A DNA stretch of 64,000 nt from Lingula anatina. Lineage: Eukaryota > Animalia > Brachiopoda. The notes beneath the pieces are model-generated. The model had not been told where the DNA came from. It did no database searches and saw only the letters and a program-made list of their open reading frames with translations. The position numbers and the translations under genes were made by a program. This document shows, one piece after another, positions 51,670 through 64,000 of the stretch. The DNA is taken from positions 2,480,001 through 2,544,000 of the forward strand of contig CM120641.1 of the NCBI GenBank assembly GCA_051362555.1, given 5' to 3'. Position 1 is the first letter of the stretch. Each line of letters opens with the position of its first letter.

Positions 51670-53360
51670 TCAACCGTGAGTCAGCTCTTCGCAATGAATA
51701 CATTCCGACATGCGACGATGATAAGGACAGCACAAGCAGGAGACAAACATGACGTTCCGTATGTGTGTTCTTTGAAGCACCTTGCAGGATTCAGTGCTGA
51801 AATTACAATTAAAATAAACACGTAAAAGTAATTGCCATTCATTACAAACCAAATGATAAGTAAACAATTTAAAATGTAAACGTTCTTTTTCCTCAATCAA
51901 AAACTGACTGCAAGGACCACAGGCTTCAGTAAAAAAAAACTTTTAGTATCTTTGTGTGGAAGGCAGTCAAAAAGTAAATAAGTTAAAAGACTTTTGTTAA
52001 TTATCAACTTCTAATTTAAAAAAAGACGTACCAAAAGTTTAGATAGTCACAGGTGTTCTTATTAACATAAGCATACTTCCATGCAGCAAATTGCCCCCCT
52101 GAACACTGTGCATCAATGAGCTCTCCGTTTTGCCTCTTAACTCTTTTTGTTTTGTCACTCGGTTCCTCCTCTAGAAAAAAAATACAAAAAACGTCACCAA
52201 CTTTTTGTGAATGAAGCACTGTCATCATAATGACTTATATTATGTACATCACCAAAACCGCTTGGAATGTCAAGTAAATTTAGGAAATTAGGAAGGAGGT
52301 GGCAGTCAAACATTATTTGGAACTTTTAAAATTATGATTATTTGGACCAAGAGTGTGCCTTGTCTCCTCTTCTCAGGAGACGGAGGGGTGGGTTGAATAA
52401 TCCGACATCTACATGTATTATGTGGGAAAGGGTGCTATCAAAATCCGTTATGATAAACAGTACGTATCTAAGTTAACGACTCAATTTAGCATCTGGCATA
52501 CAATTGGGATCTACATACATAGCGTATATTAAATTAGACGGCGCATTCATTTGGATCTTATATAGGCCTAGTATCTTTTACGTTGTTTGTGATCTATGGT
52601 TTTGGTATTTAGAAGCAAGCCTTATGTGTTGCAGACCAACTCCAGCGTTACTCTTGCGTTTTTCTTGTTATTGTTGTTTTCTAGCTGTAAGTTTTTCTCC
52701 ATTGATCTCATTATCAACGATTTGGCGTATTTATATCAAAAACGTAACGCATCTTAAAAGAAACTTGCTAAATATCATAATAACTAAATGTTCATCAAAT
52801 TTGGGACCTTTATCTAATAAGAAAAACTCTAACAAGGGGCAGCCGTATAATTATAGAATCAGGTGCACTTTCAAATACCTTCAAGAAACTCGGCGTCAGC
52901 GGGTAGCTTTTCAAAACGGTACACTGGAAAGCCTCTTTCAGCAACGAAGTTTTGCATCTCTTTCGGCAAAAACTGAATGTTGGTGAGCGGCCCATCAGAC
53001 AGATAAAACTTGCGCAAGACATCGATTGTTTCGTTGCTGTTCATCACACCATGTGCACTAGCCTGTATTGAAAATAGAGGAACACTTGAAACGTGTAGAC
53101 AAGCAGTGTATAAATATTACACAGTTAAGAACTCATCTGGTCAAGCATATTTGCTATTTGGGGCATACATGTATATTGTGTTTAGAAATCGTTCAGTTGT
53201 CTCCGATATGTAGTTGAAGTAATGCGTAAAATATTTAAGTGGTACAAACCCAAAGTTTTGCCATTCCGATTTCAATGTGCTCAGGATCAGCATAAATCGA
53301 ACGATCCAGATTTATTAATTGGCACTGTTGGCTCGCTGGTAGGCAAAGTATTTCGTTTCC
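51670..53360 (-). CDS. BRICHOS-domain precursor with RVKR cleavage site and Cys-rich C-terminal peptide; last 4 exons (53360-53250, 53062-52879, 52170-52032, 51796-51670), 5' exons not found in the window
   Basis: GT-AG phase-consistent chain; GNEILCLPASQQC and FYLSDGPLTNIQFL...PVYRF align without gaps to tenomodulin-type BRICHOS segments recalled from memory (GYTGIYFVGLQKC; WVPAEKPIENRDFL); KRVKR then a 75-aa 9-Cys peptide. Confidence 0.72.
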
Positions 53361-55455
53361 CTGTAAATAAAGCTTTTCATCAAGTTTTCCGTTTACCTTT
53401 TTTTCTTTTTTTTTTTTTTTTTTTTTGAAAATATACTGTAACATTAATATAAAAAAATTGGCCAGACCGAAGTAAACACTAAATGATATACATTTTATAA
53501 AAAATATAATGCATTGGCCAAGGTTTAGATATATTGATACACTGGCTATATACAACATTGGTCAAAAAGGTTGTCCCAACTTCAGTATCATGTGCTTTTA
53601 TTTATAAATGATCACATCATAGGTGAAGATTGTTATAAATAGTGATTTTCATTCCAGATACCATAACTAACATGATAAGTGATACAGAGAATACAAACTA
53701 GCGGTGAAGTTAATACCGACAATGACAATGATTGACATTTATTCCGTAATTTAAGGCCTCCGACCCAAAATACATGTCCAACTTCACCATAATTTTCTAC
53801 TAGTAGTAATGTAATTATGAACACCGAATAAATATGAACATATATTCATAATTGTCCCTTTTTGAAAATTTTAAATGATTGTTAATGTTATAATAGTCAC
53901 GTTCTTAGTCAAAACTGTGAATTAAACTCACTTCAATAGCAACAAAGCTTTTCTCGTAATGCAAATGCACTAGTTAAAAATCTTGCTAATGAGAATATGC
54001 CATCCGTACTAATGTCAGACAAAATCCAAGTAAATGAAAGTTCATTTTTACTGTGTTTTGTCCATAAGTACTGTATCTATCCCTCAAATCGCTATACAAC
54101 GGACACAGTAGTAGAAAGTGTATCTCGTTTTCTACAGTATGAAATCTACGGTCTTTTTCTATATTCATGTGGCGTCCTTTTTCAATCATCAGACTGTTGC
54201 TTGAGCAGCGAAAATTTGATAAATCACGTTTCTGTGTATAAGACAGTGGTAATGACAAATATCTTTCTGGATTTAGAACTATTTATACAGTTTGTATGAT
54301 GAGCACTTTGACGATGAGTTTATATCAGCAAACGTCTTTTGTAATGCACAGTCTGTCACTCGTGTTGTGAATTGGTTCATAAACTCATTAGCATCTCCTT
54401 ACTCATCCACGATCCAGGCATAGCCGAAACCATACTGGAAAAGGAGGTGTTTTACATGGGTCGCCCACGTCGTCCTTCCTGCGGAGTCCAGCTGATGCAA
54501 CATGATATAGCAATGTCTTGGGTATCTCACTGAAGGCATAGATGTCAATCTTGTCCAATACTTGATGCACCTGGATATATAAGTTACGTATAACGGTATT
54601 CTCCCACATTCACTTAGCGCCATAAAATTTGTAACGTTTTGATTCAAACACGCTACTCGTTTGCAGAACTGGACATGAGTCCGTTCTATTTTTGAGTACT
54701 GCTGATAACCCCATATCTCAAGGGCATACATACATTTTAAGAATTGGTTTTATTGCTGAGTCAAAGAGTTTAAAGGCTTCGTTGTGGTGGAAAAACCCAA
54801 AATACGACTGGTATCTCATTATCGCATTTACGGCCTCGGAGGCTTACATTCCAGCTGTTCAACAGTTCTAGCCCACGACATGCAGGTTGTGAAGATTGTG
54901 CCTAGGTATTTGGAGTTAAAAACCACCTCGATTTCGCGACCCTGCAATGTCCACTTTTCATAGTGTCTAAGGGGTCCACCCCTCCGAAATACTATTATTT
55001 TAGCTTTATCCAAATTTACTTTCAAATTAGTCGCTTCAACGAACACGGTCTGCCCCTTCTTAATTGCCTCACTTAAAGTTTCTATTATAGCTGATGCAAA
55101 GAGATTGCTATCGACACGAGCAAACAATACCGGGTTATGTATCAACTGCAACAGAAGACTCGAGTAAAGGCAAGTCAAATATTAGAACAAAACTCTGAAG
55201 AACAAATCAGGCTTAGTTTTAAAACACGTATAACAATTTTATTTGATGATAATAAGTCACGATCAACAAAAGCGTAGTTAAAATGGAAAATTTTAAATAG
55301 CTAATACATCAAATAAATATCAATGTCTCATTACCTTTATTACATGTGTTGCTAGTTTAGTAGCCTGATGCACGACCTTCTCTCTCAAGTACCGCTAGAA
55401 TCATCTTCTTTAGGTGATTTATATATTTATTACTGTATAATACACTTTTCTGCGT

Positions 55456-55700
55456 TCATATGGTCATCTCCTCGTCTATAACGTTCATGTGGCGCAGGTC
55501 AACCTTTGAGGGACGTCCACTTCGTGGCTTATCTGCAATACCAAGCCCTTCGTCGTATTTCTTTAACGCATAGTAAATGACTTGTCGCGACACTTTAGGG
55601 CCTTCATTTTCCATTTGTGCGGTTATGTTTTTAATTCGCACCCCTTGTTCTCGGAGGGCGATGATACGCAGAGGCACGTAATCGCTAAGAGGCACCTTGA
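55456..55700 (-). pseudogene. Tc1-like transposase N-terminal helix-turn-helix fragment
   Basis: LRIIALREQG...VSRQVIYYALKKY...DKPRSGRPSK (GRP linker typical of Tc1/paired-type HTH); truncated by a stop. Confidence 0.65.
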
Positions 55701-56183
55701 AATTGTGATGATTTGGAAAATTTGAGTGTCGATTTATACCGTTCACTTGGCAGGTGACACGATGGCATGGAAATCAGTGACATAAACAGGTCATATTAAA
55801 CAAAATACTTATTGGCCATTTAGGAAGTCCAGATACACAAACAATCTTGTTGACACGTGTCAGTTGATTTAATATTATGTGCAATTGATTAGTTTGGATT
55901 GAAGAGCGTCATCGCAATGTTAACATTAATTTTAGACGACGCGTGTCACACAGTAGTGATTATGTAATAGTCAGGGCTTAATCACTGTGTTTACCCAGCA
56001 TGAATAAAGCTAACCTGAACTGATTGTTAATTAATGTGAGATGACACGTGCCAACCAGTGAAGTTAGCCCGAGAGATTGTAATCCAGTTTTTTAAATTAA
56101 TTTCTTTTGATGCGTTTAAGTATGAAGAAGGCTTTTGGTTAAGTTTGGGCTTTAGATCGTAAAGATGAACTATTCCTATCGTT

Positions 56184-56579
56184 TTGAATTACATATCAAA
56201 CAATGATAGAGAAACAGTTCCTACTTTGTGTCCTACAGAATCAAGGAATCAGTCTTTCGGCCGGCCACCCGTCGCCTTGTCAAATAAAGAAATATTCGAA
56301 ATTCGACAACGGGCCAGTTCCCCAGGCAACTTTTGCGTTCAGTTGATGGGAAGGTTGTTTACGATTGATGAACGAATACGAAAGGACAGAAATGTTACGG
56401 GTGTAGATGAGAGAGATCCTATATGCAAATATAGACTGAACTATATTAAAGATATGGCTAACAAAATGTTTATCACTGAAACAACTGACAAGTCTTTTTG
56501 GAAAAAATGCATTTCGTCTATGAACAAAGCTAATAGAAATATAAGGACATACTATAAAAATAAATTTCAATCTTGTTAA
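56184..56579 (+). CDS. BEN-domain-like ORF inside the inserted segment
   Basis: SSPGNFCVQLMGRLFTIDER...NVTG...DP..LNYIK...WKKCISSMN matches the BEN domain pattern; AATAAA follows at 56613. Confidence 0.62.
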   Translation: MNYISNNDRETVPTLCPTESRNQSFGRPPVALSNKEIFEIRQRASSPGNFCVQLMGRLFTIDERIRKDRNVTGVDERDPICKYRLNYIKDMANKMFITETTDKSFWKKCISSMNKANRNIRTYYKNKFQSC

Positions 56580-58638
56580 TAATATGTATATAGGGAATAC
56601 AGTTTAGAGCCTAATAAATATTACATGTACAAGTAGTGTTTTATTTGATCTTTAATAAATTCATTTATTAAACTCTATGTAAATTCAATCAATTCATAGC
56701 TACAATGTACACGAAAATTGCTGTCATCACCGAATCTTTTTGGTAAAGCGTCTTTTAAAAATCACTGTTGGCAAGTTCTTATTCTTAAAATCTCCGTATC
56801 AGAGTAGAGTGATCAAAGTAGAGTGAAGCCACCGCGCATTAAAGGTCAATTAACGCTTGGACGAACACTTAATTGCGACCACGCTCACCTTCGATCTTTA
56901 TCTCAGCGAGCTAGGGTTAGGCTCTTTTGTTAGCAGAAAGTTTGTCACGATAATTGCCCGACGGGCAGGGTATGGAACTATTGTTAACAGAAACCAAACA
57001 GCGTATGGATGACAATGTTATTCCATAGTTACCGAGCCAGGCCGTCCGTACAACCCGCAGCGACCCGGAGGGTAAGTAAGGGGAGATTCCGGCGGCACTG
57101 TACATCGATTTGAATACCGTAAACATTTTGCCGTCTTTGCGTATCCCTTCGCGTACTAAACTGTTCCAGAGCTTCGTATGAATGCAATTGTCATATGCTT
57201 TTAAAAAATCGACGAAGAAGACATAAAGGCGTCCCTTCCTTCTTGTAATATATTTTGGTTAATTGCTTGTAGGTTAAAGATGTTGTCCGTTGTGGTAAAT
57301 ATCCTTTCCTGAATCCCGCTTGCGCCTCATCAATGACATCATTACTTTCTGCCTAAGTTGTCTAGCTGTTGCTTAGCACTTTAATGAAGACCTTACTTAG
57401 GCTGTTCACAACAGTTATCGCTCGGTAATTATTAGGGTCAGTCTTAGACCCTTTTTTATGAAGCGGTGTAATTACACCAGTACACCATTCCCTTGGAAAC
57501 CGTCCAGACGACAGCAACGCATTAAATAGTTTGGTCAAATACGGCAAAACAATGTCAATCGTATATTTATACATTTCAATGTACGCCCCATCAACACCCG
57601 CTGCTCGTGCGCTATGTAAAGAATACAGACTTTCTTTAATTTCCTCTGCACTTATCTCCATATCAAGCGCTTCAGTTTCTCTCTCATGTCTAATATTTTG
57701 AAAAATACTTTGTCCAAGCGTAGGCTCATTATTTATGTTCTCTGTGGAGAATAGAGACATAAAATAATTATATCAATAATTGATTGAGACACGATCAGAA
57801 TCCCTACTGTCAGCTTGCTTGTTCGCTTTCTTTATACACGCCCAGAATTTACTAGGATTTTCGCGATTGTCAATCAGTTCATTTCGGCGTTTTCTTTCTA
57901 GGTCTAAACGCTTTGATCTGCATAAATTTTTAAAGATGCACTTGGAGTCTAAATACTCTCGTATGTCAGAGTCGGCCTTAGTTGATCTATATCTGCGTAA
58001 TTGCTTCAATTTTTCGTGCTTTGGACTAGCACATTGTGCATCCCACCATTCCGGCTGAGTACGACGTCGTCTCCTACTTTGGTCACGTATCATACACTTG
58101 CAGCTGTTTGAAAAAGAGAAACGAATTCACTCTGTAAATCTATTACATTTGCGTCCGTTACAACATTGGTCTTTTGTCTAGGAAGCTAGCAAAAAGATCT
58201 TTGAATTCGTTCAAAAAGATATCTCGATTTGCTTCGACCCATTTACAGGGGGTATACGTCGTTAATCCTCATATCCTCATATCCTAGTTGCAAAACACAA
58301 GTAACTGGAAAATGATCGGATTAATCCAAATCGCCAACATTAAAATCTTGAATTGGAAGTAGCTCGGTTGAGGCTGAAATATAGTCTACGACGCAAATGC
58401 CATTGTTTGCTGTACACGTTATATTTCCCTCTTCATCACTGTAGCAACCATTTAAAATGTGAATATTCCTCGTGCAACATAACTCCAGAAGTGACAGCCC
58501 AAAGTTATTGACCTCGGTATCACAGCTTTTACGAGGTGCACAAAATGTGTCACCGGGGTAGTCAACTTCTGATCCGAAGATGTAATTGACATTATCCTCT
58601 GGAATATAGTCTAGAAAGTTTTTAACACGCGCGTTGAG

Positions 58639-61600
58639 CACCCAAACCCAATATAGAGGTGCATTTCACAAGTTCAAGTCTCAAAAAATGAAATTGAATG
58701 AATTCGATGTATTATCCAATTTTTTAAAACTTACATGTGTATAGAACAAAAATCCACAAATGTCCCAATTTTACGCCCACGCGTTTCTGTTTTGTAAGCA
58801 AATAAATTGATAGCCGTTTAAAGTGAAAAACGCGTAAGAAAGAACATACGTTACCACGGAATCGCCTGATATAAACACGATCATTAGTTGAGCGCTGTGG
58901 AAATTTGTGCAAGCTAAAACACTATCAGAACCCTATGAGTCATTAATAATGGAAAAGTGATAGGAAAATACATTTAAATTGACCAGATCTAGGAAAATTA
59001 CTTTCAAACTAAAGATCATTTTTCTTTACAATGTCCACGTTGATGACTCTTTCAATAGCAGTAATTGTCAATTAAATAGGGAATTGAAAACTTTGTTACC
59101 TAAAAGTTATCTACCACTGGTCATATTCGTCGTGAATTTAAAACTCATTGACAGTTTCAAATTTTGGGCGTATTAGTTACAATACCAACTACGCCTCGCA
59201 TCCTTCGCATACCGTAATGTAACGTATGTTCCACAGCCATAGAAAAGATACGGGACACGAGTTTAATAAATATTGATAAGATATTTTTTCGCTTTTTTTT
59301 CGTAGAATTTATTGAGGTGTTTAATAGTAACTCAGACATCAAAAGTGATAACCTATTACACAAACACGATCCGCGTATCAAACGTCCTAATCATTTGCAT
59401 GTAAAGAAATACAGATCTAACCTACCACCTCTTTAAACGAAACCTTTTTCAACACACCTATAGGTTTTCCAATACAGCAGAGAATTCGTTCAAAATGAGC
59501 TTTACTATCCTCCCTGAAAGGTCTAAATTGTCTTGCGGATTTCGGCACTTTTGGGAATTAAAAAAATGTATATATGTAATGTTTGTTCCATCTATAAAAA
59601 GTAAGTGGCTCACAAAATTGTGTTTTTAAGTCTTTCCATTGAGTGAGTATAAGAAACAGATATCATTTTAGAGTTCAAGGGTCTCTACGGTCCTTATCAG
59701 TCGCTATTTAAGACAAATTATAGGCTGCATGATTTCTTGTAAAAGTTTCCTTGAGATTTCTTAGATGTTCATATTGTGTTTTTACTCTGCCAACGTGCTC
59801 CATGAATTTTTTATTTTGGTTACTGGCGCTCTTGGGCTCTACTATAGTCGTCTCGTTCAAAAAACCGTATACAGCTTGCCTTTTATTCCTGCTACTCCCA
59901 TCCGTCGACCTTTCGACCAGTTCATCCCCTTTTCGCGAGTTCTCGACCAAAGATTCCGGCAAATGCCAGTAGCAGCGGAAAGAAATCTGAGACAACGGTA
60001 CGTCAATCTTCCCAGCCACTATATTATGCACAATTTTCATCTTACTTCTTGGTGTAACTCGTTAAACTTTACCCACTGTAGCCAAAAAAACATTTTCTAT
60101 AAGTCATCATATTTTTAGGATGATTAATCTTATTAAATATTATATGTATATATAATATTATTTTTATCCCTAAGGATAAAGGCAACAATTTGCTACATTG
60201 TCATTATTGCTAAAATAATTAGGGTAGGGGGGTTATAAAATAAAAGCCGCCTTGTTTGACCAAATCTTGAACAATCGATATTCTTTGTTGCCTTCTTTTT
60301 GTTATAAATAAGACTATGAAAGTTTGTGGTACACTGGGATGGAGGAGACATAAAAGTAATTGTTTCTGCACAGTGTTAGCTTGAGTGCATAGCCTGCTGT
60401 ATGATGCGTTCTGTCTTAATTTTGGGGCATGTGGGAAATTCAGGTGGTTCCATATTTCGTCTTCTACAATGGCTAAACCGTTGCCGGATAGCATTCTCCC
60501 TCTTGCTTATGGCATTAACCTGTGATTGTAGTTCTTTATTAGTCCATTGTGACTGCCTACAGTTTCTTTTCAATCGTTTCCACGTTGTGACCACCTTGCA
60601 CACACAACAAGTGGTGATTGCTGTGGACTTGCCTCGGCAACTACTATAGGAGCTAGGAGCTCTTCTTTCCTTTGGTGATGTCTACGTTTTCGCGATTTAG
60701 ACTTCGCATGCCTCTTTTGTCTTTCACGACATTTATAAGGAGGCGGAAGGTAGGCCTACATAGTATTTTGAACCCGTTTTCTTTCGCTTCCAAATAAGCG
60801 TCACCCTCATTTCTTTTTTACGAGATCGATATTTTTTTCAAATCTCAGCTCTTGTTTTCGCATTTTTCTGAAATAATGATGTTCCGTTCGGTATCAATGT
60901 ATTTGGCACTGCGCTCACTGCGCTCTTTGGCGATTATTTTTTCCTTGCATAGTTTTGTTTGACATTTATTTCCGTCTTTGACATTCATTTCTGTATTTGA
61001 ATTTAATTTTTTATTTCGACAAAATCATTCACTTCGCCTACATCGTTACTGAGGATTTTATGGATTTATTTACACTTGTAACTAACCTCATCTAATCTTT
61101 AGCTCGAGCAGACGTCAGAAAGAACCACCTGACATCTCAAACAGAAGCTAATTTTTCTTTCGGAGCCAGTTTCGGGCACAAGTAGATTTTCACTGGTAAC
61201 GTATGTTCCGGTAACGTATGTTCCAGGCCACCTAATTTTTATTTTCATAACGTGTTCTTATATATTTTGAAGTGATTCGATCATGTTAAATTAAATATGA
61301 CGTAAGGACGTTTTTTTATAAATATTTAAACCGTAACTAATGGGGCCTGCGTCATAGCTTATACTAGGTAACGTATGTTCCCTAGGAAAATTGACAAAAT
61401 GTTTCATTTTGTACAAGTACTTGGTGCAAGAGAAAACAATGTTTTCTTTTGCTGACAGAAAAATATATCGTGATTCCATGATAGTTTGACATTTCAGATA
61501 TAATATTTGGAGCACGAGGGGAGAAATAATTTATTAAATGCTTATTTTACTGTCGGTAGGGTGTATTTTCCCCGTTTTTTTAATATTCAGTGACAGGCAA

Positions 61601-61957
61601 ACTTAAGTCGCTAAAAAACAATTAACTGCTCTATACAGAAGCTTTTCGTAATTTTTTACAACGTTATACTTGTAGGAGATAAATTAAAGAACAAGACCCG
61701 TGATGATTGAATTTTCAAAGTGATTAAAACGCTTCAACAGATAACCGTTATGCATTTGTGACAGTAACGTATGTTCCTTTTTGGGGTTAGATGATGAATT
61801 ATTTGTTATTATTCGTGGTTCCAGGAAAGTGAAAATTTAATACAAACTTCTTTATGTGGGACCCTAAAATAATCAAACATAGTTTGTAATCTGTGCACTA
61901 CATATTTTTAGAAACATGTCTGTGACATCGTTTGCACCTCTATATTGGGTTTGGGTG
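58639..61957 (-). mobile_element. 3.3-kb DNA transposon (Sola- or Chapaev-like; superfamily uncertain) with decayed transposase, inserted in the LINE endonuclease
   Basis: Perfect 25-bp TIR CACCCAAACCCAATATAGAGGTGCA; 4-bp TSD TGAG (58635-58638, 61958-61961); repeated GTAACGTATGTTC motif; remnant FMEHVGRVKTQYEHLRNLKE. Confidence 0.88.
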
Positions 61958-64000
61958 TGAGGTCACCAGCCACAATGAATGAAATGTTACCAAGATCAGA
62001 TTCAACTAATGAAAGTTTATCATTTTATGCTTCAATTCCGTTACTGTTTTGTTCGTCGTATGATGATGAATGCTCGGGTGCTACATTTGTAAAGATTATT
62101 ACGGTGTTTGATTGTAATTTGCTAAGTCCTTTCTCTATCAATAACAAGACACAATCTTGAAATTCACTGTATATACGTTTCACCAATCCTGATTTTATAA
62201 GCCAATCCATCACTAACACGGTCACACCCCCTGCCCCGTGTTGGCTGCGCGAGGATTTTCTTGGGCTGTCAAGATTTATAAAGCATGGGAATACTTGTAT
62301 AGCTGTCATTTTGCGTCTGCCATGTTTCATTTAATCCAATTAAGTCAAATTTCTGCAGAAATTGGTAAATTCTACATGGTTTCGGCTGTTTCACAATCAG
62401 GGGTACAAAATAGGGGTCACATTGAGAGAAAAATGATCTCTGATACATTTGTTTAATTCTTAAACATATAAAAAAAATTACATCTTAACTATGCCATCCA
62501 CAAATTTTAGAACACAATATTAAGTACTTTTTGTGCTACGCTCAAATAAACAGAACGCCCCTTAGGCTATGATCTGGGGTTACGGACACTACACATTCAA
62601 GTAACTGATGCTTTTGTAACTGAAATATCATATTGTTTACCAGTTATTTTTGCCAAAATTCTAATAAATATCAAAATAAAGATATAACAGCAGTACTTTA
62701 ACCAAAAGGATACAAGTACATGTATTAATCAAAAAGTTTTTTAGAGAAACACCACACCACGTTTTTCAGTGGATGCTGGAGCTTGGTTGTGTGTCATTCA
62801 GTTTGACTTTCATTCACCAGAATTTAATTTAAACTTTTCTTTCTGTTGCTTGACCTTTTTTATTTATTCTTTTTTTTCAGTCTTGATTCCTGTTTTTGGA
62901 GTATTTTCTTCTTTTTCATCTCTCGTTAATTTGCACCTCTTGTTCTACTGTTTTCAGGATTGTTAGGTTTCTGCTTCTCCTTGACTCTCTGTCAGTATTT
63001 CCTAATTTCTTCTTTTTACTTTAGTCTTTCTTGCTGGGCCAGCCTAGGATCATTCTTCTTTTTTTTGCTTCTCTGTTATGTTACGTGCATTTAACGTCTT
63101 CCTTACATGCTTCAGCAAGATTATTAGCATCTTTACGGATATTAGCTCTTGACGTCTTTTTTTTTTTTTTCAAATTATTTTTTGCTAACAGTAAAATTTT
63201 CAGGATCCCTTTTTCTTCTCCTATTTGGCTTTTTGTTTATTTTCATCCATATTTGATACTTCATTCATTGAGAGTATAATAAATGTACTGTTAAATATAC
63301 ATGTATTGAAGTGTTCGTACCCCCTCAAAATATATCATATACATTAATCATAGAATATTAATCCATATACAGTTTATTATTTTGAAATTAGCTTTATTTG
63401 GCAATATATTCAAACCAATATTGTTCACTTTGATTGCAAAGAGTAGCATCTTTACTGATATTATTTCTTTGCAAAATAATCAAACTTTTTATTCATACTT
63501 ATGACATCGCGGCGGATTTTTAGTAGCAGGGTTTTAGTATCCATGTCCATGTTCTCCTCCTCCGAGTTCTGGGAGTCGAAGTCATGTTCAGAATCTGGGG
63601 ATCTCCTGATGATTTCCGTGTTATCATTACGGGTTTGAGACGAACCTCCACGGCCCCCACGTCTAGTCGATCCGCTTCGTGATTTTACTCCGGCCATAAA
63701 CTCCAAATTAAATAAGCTCTGGACTGTTGGTGTCGCCATAAAATGTCGTTTAACTACGCCAAACTTTTCTAAAGACTGTCACTCTCACAACATTTGGATA
63801 TATAGCAGTAAAATGGTACGATGGATGACCCACATACGCTACAACTTTCGTGTGTACAGTTATTATGTAATTCGTAAGATGAGTAGATGTCGTAGCGCCA
63901 GGCTAATGTCGACAGCATCAAATTCACTTACTTTTCGGCCGATATTCCGTTGCCGTTATTTGGATCTCAAAGTCTTCACAAATTTGTCCACAGTATACAT

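Larger units (their letters stand above)
53718..63850 (-). mobile_element. Decayed non-LTR retrotransposon (APE endonuclease + RT + C-terminal CCHC; clade uncertain), interrupted by nested insertions
   Basis: ORF1-like N-terminus 63739-63461; EN ~62520-61962 and 58634-58300 (GGV, GDL/NAR, VVDY, SDHFP); RT 57760-57098 (AAGVDG, PLHKKG..DPNNYRAI, FVDFLKAYD); 55029-53930 (LKVNLDK, YLG, ECGRIPL, EIHFLLLCPLYSDLR); 3' tail with AATAAA and CATTGT repeats at 53718-53745; many stops and frameshifts; 5' boundary approximate. Confidence 0.88.

Noticed and set aside
56840-57097. Self-cleaving ribozyme or ncRNA in the GC-rich stretch
   Set aside because: Some hairpin potential, but no hammerhead or HDV core recognisable by eye
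62770-63250. Lys/Arg-rich minus-strand coding-like stretch
   Set aside because: Multiple stops; probably a decayed transposon fragment, not assignable

Overview
AT-rich, intron-rich animal genomic DNA. The repeat types suggest a lophotrochozoan, probably a bivalve mollusc (inference). I reconstructed four spliced genes by hand. (1) The 3' 25 exons of supervillin (+, 1120-25036), including a GC-AG intron, four symmetric cassette-type exons and an intronic Helentron-like (HINE) element with a 146-bp satellite array. (2) A 3-exon unrecognised gene (+, 26923-33152, about 1468 aa) with a 3.9-kb exon of 42/77-aa repeats and a double-CRE promoter. (3) A complete 16-exon, 675-aa secreted kexin/furin-family (S8B) protease (-, 48417-38301). 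It keeps the D/H/S triad and oxyanion Asn, but has lost the basic pro-peptide cleavage site and most acidic specificity residues, has RCS in place of GTS, and ends in a PAN/apple domain. (4) The last four exons of a BRICHOS-domain precursor (-, 53360-51670) with an RVKR site and a 75-aa, 9-Cys C-terminal peptide, directly upstream of the protease on the same strand. The last 10 kb is a nest of decayed transposons: a LINE split by a DNA transposon with a 4-bp TSD and by a BEN/HTH-containing segment. All gene models and domain calls come from manual reading and need RNA-seq and HMM confirmation.
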